The translations under genes were made by a program, and so were the position numbers. Of a stretch of DNA of 64,000 nucleotides, positions 60,225 to 64,000 are shown piece by piece; within the stretch, counting starts at the first letter, position 1; every line of letters starts with the position of its first letter. Source of the DNA: Okamejei kenojei (Eukaryota); the NCBI GenBank assembly GCA_035221665.1, contig CM069174.1, positions 3,162,001-3,226,000 on the forward strand, in the 5' to 3' direction. The notes under the pieces were generated by a model that was not told where the DNA came from, ran no database searches, and saw only the letters and a list, made by a program, of their open reading frames with translations.

Positions 60225-60755
60225 GAGGTCCAGGTGCGACAGACGTTCACCTGCACCTCCTCCAACCTCATCTATTGCATCTGTTGCTCTAGATGTCAGC
60301 TGATCTATATCGGTGAGACCAAGCGTAGGCTTGGCGATCGTTTCGCCGAACACCTCCGCTCGGTCCGCAATAACCAACCTGGTCTCCCGGTGGCTCAGCA
60401 CTTCAACTCCCCCTCCCATTCCCAATCCAATCTTTCTGTCCTGGGCCTCCTCCACGGCCAGAGTGAGTCCCACCGTAAATTGGAGGAGCAGCACCTCATA
60501 TTCCGCTTGGGCAGTTTACACCCCAGCGGTATGAACATTGACTTCTCTAATTTCAGGTAGTCCTTACTTTCTCCTCCCCTTCTCAACTCTCCCTCTGCCC
60601 ACTGGCTCCTCCTCTTCCCTTCTTCTTCCCGCCCCCCCCACCCTCACATCACTCTGAAGAAGGGTCTCGACCCGAAACCTATTGCCTATTTTCCCTTCGC
60701 TCCATAGATGCTGCCTCACCCGCTGAGTTTCTCCAGCATTTTTGTCTTCCATCTA
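60225..60755 (+). mobile_element. Penelope-like element 3' end with an open GIY-YIG endonuclease frame and terminal repeat
   Basis: FTCTSSNLIYCICCSRCQLIYIGETKRRLGDRFAEHLRSV...VAQHF...EQHLIFRLGSLHPSGMN* (stop 60560); hammerhead remnant at 60654-60678. Confidence 0.92.
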
Positions 60756-61059
60756 ATTTTGTTACATGTTTGAGTTTCACTGCTGAATATCTTATGTTGT
60801 GGAACTGGAGTTGTGAGTTAATTTGCAAGGAGGATGAGAAGAAAATTGTATATTTGTGTGCAGTGAGGAGAAAGGGACTCATTTTAATTGTAAATGAACC
60901 TGTGCGGTGGTGGGGTGATGCTGGAGTGGAGATTCATTAATAAGCAGCGGTTTATTGTTTGCTTGTTTATTGTTTATTTATTTGCACCATGTTTTAAAGG
61001 AAGACAAACGATCAATTTATAATGCCATACAGTGCTGGGAGGGAAGGGAAGCCCAGAGT

Positions 61060-61975
61060 TTTATACAAAGTCCGCTCCCATCTGAAAATGAGCGTTAATG
61101 GCAAATCACGGGGTAGGAGAAATAAAAAAGACAATAATAAACAATAATACAGTTTAAGAATGAAAATTAAAAATATGAAATTAAAAATATGAAAATAAAT
61201 AAAATAATAAGGTATAGTATGAGATAAGAGTCAACAGAAGTAGTTTGAGCTCATAAATAGCATTACAAAAAGCTGGAGGTCAGAACTCAGGACATGATGA
61301 GAAACTTTTTAAGCTCAATCTTAAAGGTGGCTAAGGAGGTGTGAGACTTTAATGGCAGAGGCAGGGTATTCCAAAATTTAGGACCTTTAAAAGTAATGCA
61401 ATGTTGGTGTTTGGATGTTCGACAAAACGGAAGATGAAGATCATTTCTTCTTCTGGTTGGGCAATGGTGAAAAAAGGGTGAAAAGATCGTGAGGAGAAAC
61501 AGGCAAATCATGTTTACATTTAAGATATTTGAAAATAAAAATACATATTTGGAATGCATTCAGTTTATCTGCAGACAAAATTGAGTTCTTCTTGAAGAGA
61601 GGGGCAGAAGGTTCTTGTGAATTGGAATGAAAAATTAATCTCATAAATTTCTTCTGTATGATGAGTAGCTTAGAAAGATAGGAAGGATAGGTAGAACCCC
61701 AAACAATATCACAATAATTGAAATAAGGAAAAATCAAACTGTAATAGATTGTTAGATGGGAAGACGGGTGAATAAATGCACAAACCTTTCTCAGAATACC
61801 AAGCATTTTCATTGATCTTCTACAGACAATATTGATATGTTCTTTCCAAGTTAAATTTTGATCAATGGCTGCTCCTAAAAATGTTGTATATGTTACTTCA
61901 GGAATTTCATGTCCATTGATAAAAAATTTAGATTTGTCTTTGGGAAAATGTTTTATTTTTATTGCAGAAGATCAT
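61060..61975 (-). mobile_element. Crack/L2-group LINE 3' region
   Basis: LGILRKV...IYYSLIFPYFNYCDIVWGSTYPSYLSKLLIIQKKFMRLI...SAPLFKK...FKGPKFWNTLP; AT-rich 3' UTR. Confidence 0.75.
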
Positions 61976-62209
61976 GTAATTGCATTTTTTGATCAGGCAT
62001 CAATCTTCACAGAGACGCATGGATAGAAGTTCATTTAAGCTGCCAGCAATTGGGTACACATGTGGTTACGCGCCATTTGGGACATTTGTCAGCCTGAAAA
62101 TAACCTTTGTGTTTGTTGTTAAGTCTCTGTGCATCGAGGGAACACACAGAGTTAATTTATTGGAGTGGACCTGATGGGAAGTAATGAAGAAAGATGCAGG
62201 CGGTGTGTG

Positions 62210-62691
62210 NNNNNNNNNNNNNNNNNNNNNNNNNNNNNNNNNNNNNNNNNNNNNNNNNNNNNNNNNNNNNNNNNNNNNNNNNNNNNNNNNNNNNNNNNNN
62301 NNNNNNNNNNNNNNNNNNNNNNNNNNNNNNNNNNNNNNNNNNNNNNNNNNNNNNNNNNNNNNNNNNNNNNNNNNNNNNNNNNNNNNNNNNNNNNNNAAGG
62401 GAGCGAGAGAGGGAGAGAAAGAGGGGGTAGAGAGAGAGGGGGAGAGGGAGGGAGAGAGAGAGAAAGAGAGAGCGATAAAGAGGGNNNNNNNNNNNNNNNN
62501 NNNNNNNNNNNNNNNNNNNNNNNNNNNNNNNNNNNNNNNNNNNNNNNNNNNNNNNNNNNNNNNNNNNNNNNNNNNNNNNNNNNNNNNNNNNNNNNNNNNN
62601 NNNNNNNNNNNNNNNNNNNNNNNNNNNNNNNNNNNNNNNNNNNNNNNNNNNNNNNNNNNNNNNNNNNNNNNNNNNNNNNNNNNNNNNNNNN
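62210..62691. other. Two N-runs (62210-62396, 62485-62691) around a GA-rich microsatellite
   Basis: Direct reading. Confidence 0.99.
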
Positions 62692-63034
62692 ACATACTCT
62701 GAAAGCCCGGATCCAAGCAATGTCGTTTGGGATAGATTGGGTCGGTGCACAAGCAAAGAAGTAGATTTTTGTCTTTGCTGCTGGGCTGGAAATCCGGCCA
62801 AGGAGATGATCATTGTACAAGCTGCTCCAGATTCATTCCCGCCTCCCACGGGATGTCGAGGTTGCCAAGACCTGTCACCGGCCTTGAGAAGGTGGCACTG
62901 AGCTCACCCTTTACACCACTGCAGCCCTTCTGGTGAAGGTGATCCCGTCATGCGGTTGGGCGTGGAGCTCCAGGGTTCAAAGCCAACACCTTGTCCACGT
63001 TCCCCCAACACGCCCCGTGCCCACTGACGTGTTA

Positions 63035-63422
63035 CACTTTAGACTTTAGAGCTACAGCACGGAAACAGGCCCTTCAGCCCACCGAGTCCGCCCCGACCAG
63101 CGATCACCAGCACTATCGTACACACTAGTTTAGTTTAGAGATGCAACGCGAAAACAGGCCCTTCGGCCCACTGAGTCCGCGCCGACCAGCGATCCCCGCA
63201 CACTAACACTATCCCACACACACTAGGGACAATTTACTATTTTACCGAGCCAATTAACCTACAAGCCTGCACGTCTTTGGAGTGTGGGAGGAAACCGGAG
63301 CACCCGGAGAAAACCCACGCAGGTCACGGGGAGAACGTGCAAACTCCACACAGACAGCACCCGTTGTCGGGATGGAACCCGGGTCTCCGGCGCTGTGCGG
63401 CAGCGACTCTACCGCTGCGCGA
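63035..63422 (-). mobile_element. V-SINE plus a second SINE tail in tandem
   Basis: Two consecutive SINE 3' ends and one head on the minus strand. Confidence 0.82.
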
Positions 63423-63426
63423 CATA

Positions 63427-63652
63427 AGGGCCTGTCCCACTTTCACAAACTAATTCACAACCTTTTTTACTCGTGGACATTTTTCATCATGTTGAAAAAA
63501 CGCCCCGGCCTACTTGATGCCACAAGCACCTACGACTTGCATCATGACCTACCTACGACCTACCTATGACCTCCAACGCCCTTGTGACGACCATGCTGCG
63601 AGTATGAGCCAAGGACAAACTCGGCAGAGGTCGTGAAAGTGGGACAGCCCCT
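63427..63652. mobile_element. PIF/Harbinger-like MITE
   Basis: TIRs AGGGCCTGTCCCACTTTCAC / GTGAAAGTGGGACAGCCCCT; internal CTACGAC repeats shared with 48384-48885. Confidence 0.8.
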
Positions 63653-64000
63653 TTAGGCTGCCAACCAATTGAGCAACTTTTCCATTTAATAAATCTAGCC
63701 CCTGTTTTCGAATCCCTCCATGGCCTTGGCTTCCTATCTCCATAATCACCTCTCCTCCTAGTAAAACGCCTCTCTGCTTCTCAGCTGCCCCACATGAGTT
63801 TCATGTACCTTGTGTTTTTATGGCTGTTGCCAGGTGAATTTCCCTCCTGGGATGAATAAAGTTCTATCGTATCGTATCGTGACTTAGTTGCTCGCCTCTG
63901 GTGCCAAGTGTTTCACTGTCTGGACCCTAAGCTGTGGAATTCCTTTCTCTGCTGTTCCAACATGCTCATTAACACTACCTCTCTGAGCAGTTTGCTCATC

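Overview
Repeat-dense vertebrate genomic DNA. The repeat content (HE1-type V-SINEs, CR1 LINEs, Penelope-like elements) points to a cartilaginous fish, probably a skate or ray (inference). The only host gene I can support is the first coding exon of an acid-sensing ion channel (ASIC; + strand, ATG 27604, donor GTGAGT at 28162), followed by at least 36 kb in which I did not recognise another exon. Most of the rest is transposon debris: V-SINEs, several CR1 subfamilies, Rex1-, RTE-, Tx1-, Crack- and Vingi/Ingi-like LINE fragments, Penelope-like GIY-YIG fragments, one decayed DD34E Tc1, and Harbinger-, hAT- and P-like MITEs. The most notable signal is RNA catalysis carried by mobile elements. (1) Three copies of a ~140-bp non-coding retroposon (31687-31828 -, 46737-46875 +, 58243-58383 -), each flanked by a 10-11-bp TSD. 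Its first ~54 nt map onto a compact HDV-like ribozyme whose predicted cleavage site coincides with the element's 5' end, followed by a stem-loop and an (AAG)n tail. Vingi/Ingi-like LINE relics in the same window are a plausible partner. (2) Many minimal type I hammerhead motifs in Penelope-like terminal repeats, some amplified into four dispersed 66-bp tandem arrays that keep only the cleavage-site half. All structures were read by eye and repeat boundaries are approximate unless a TSD is quoted.
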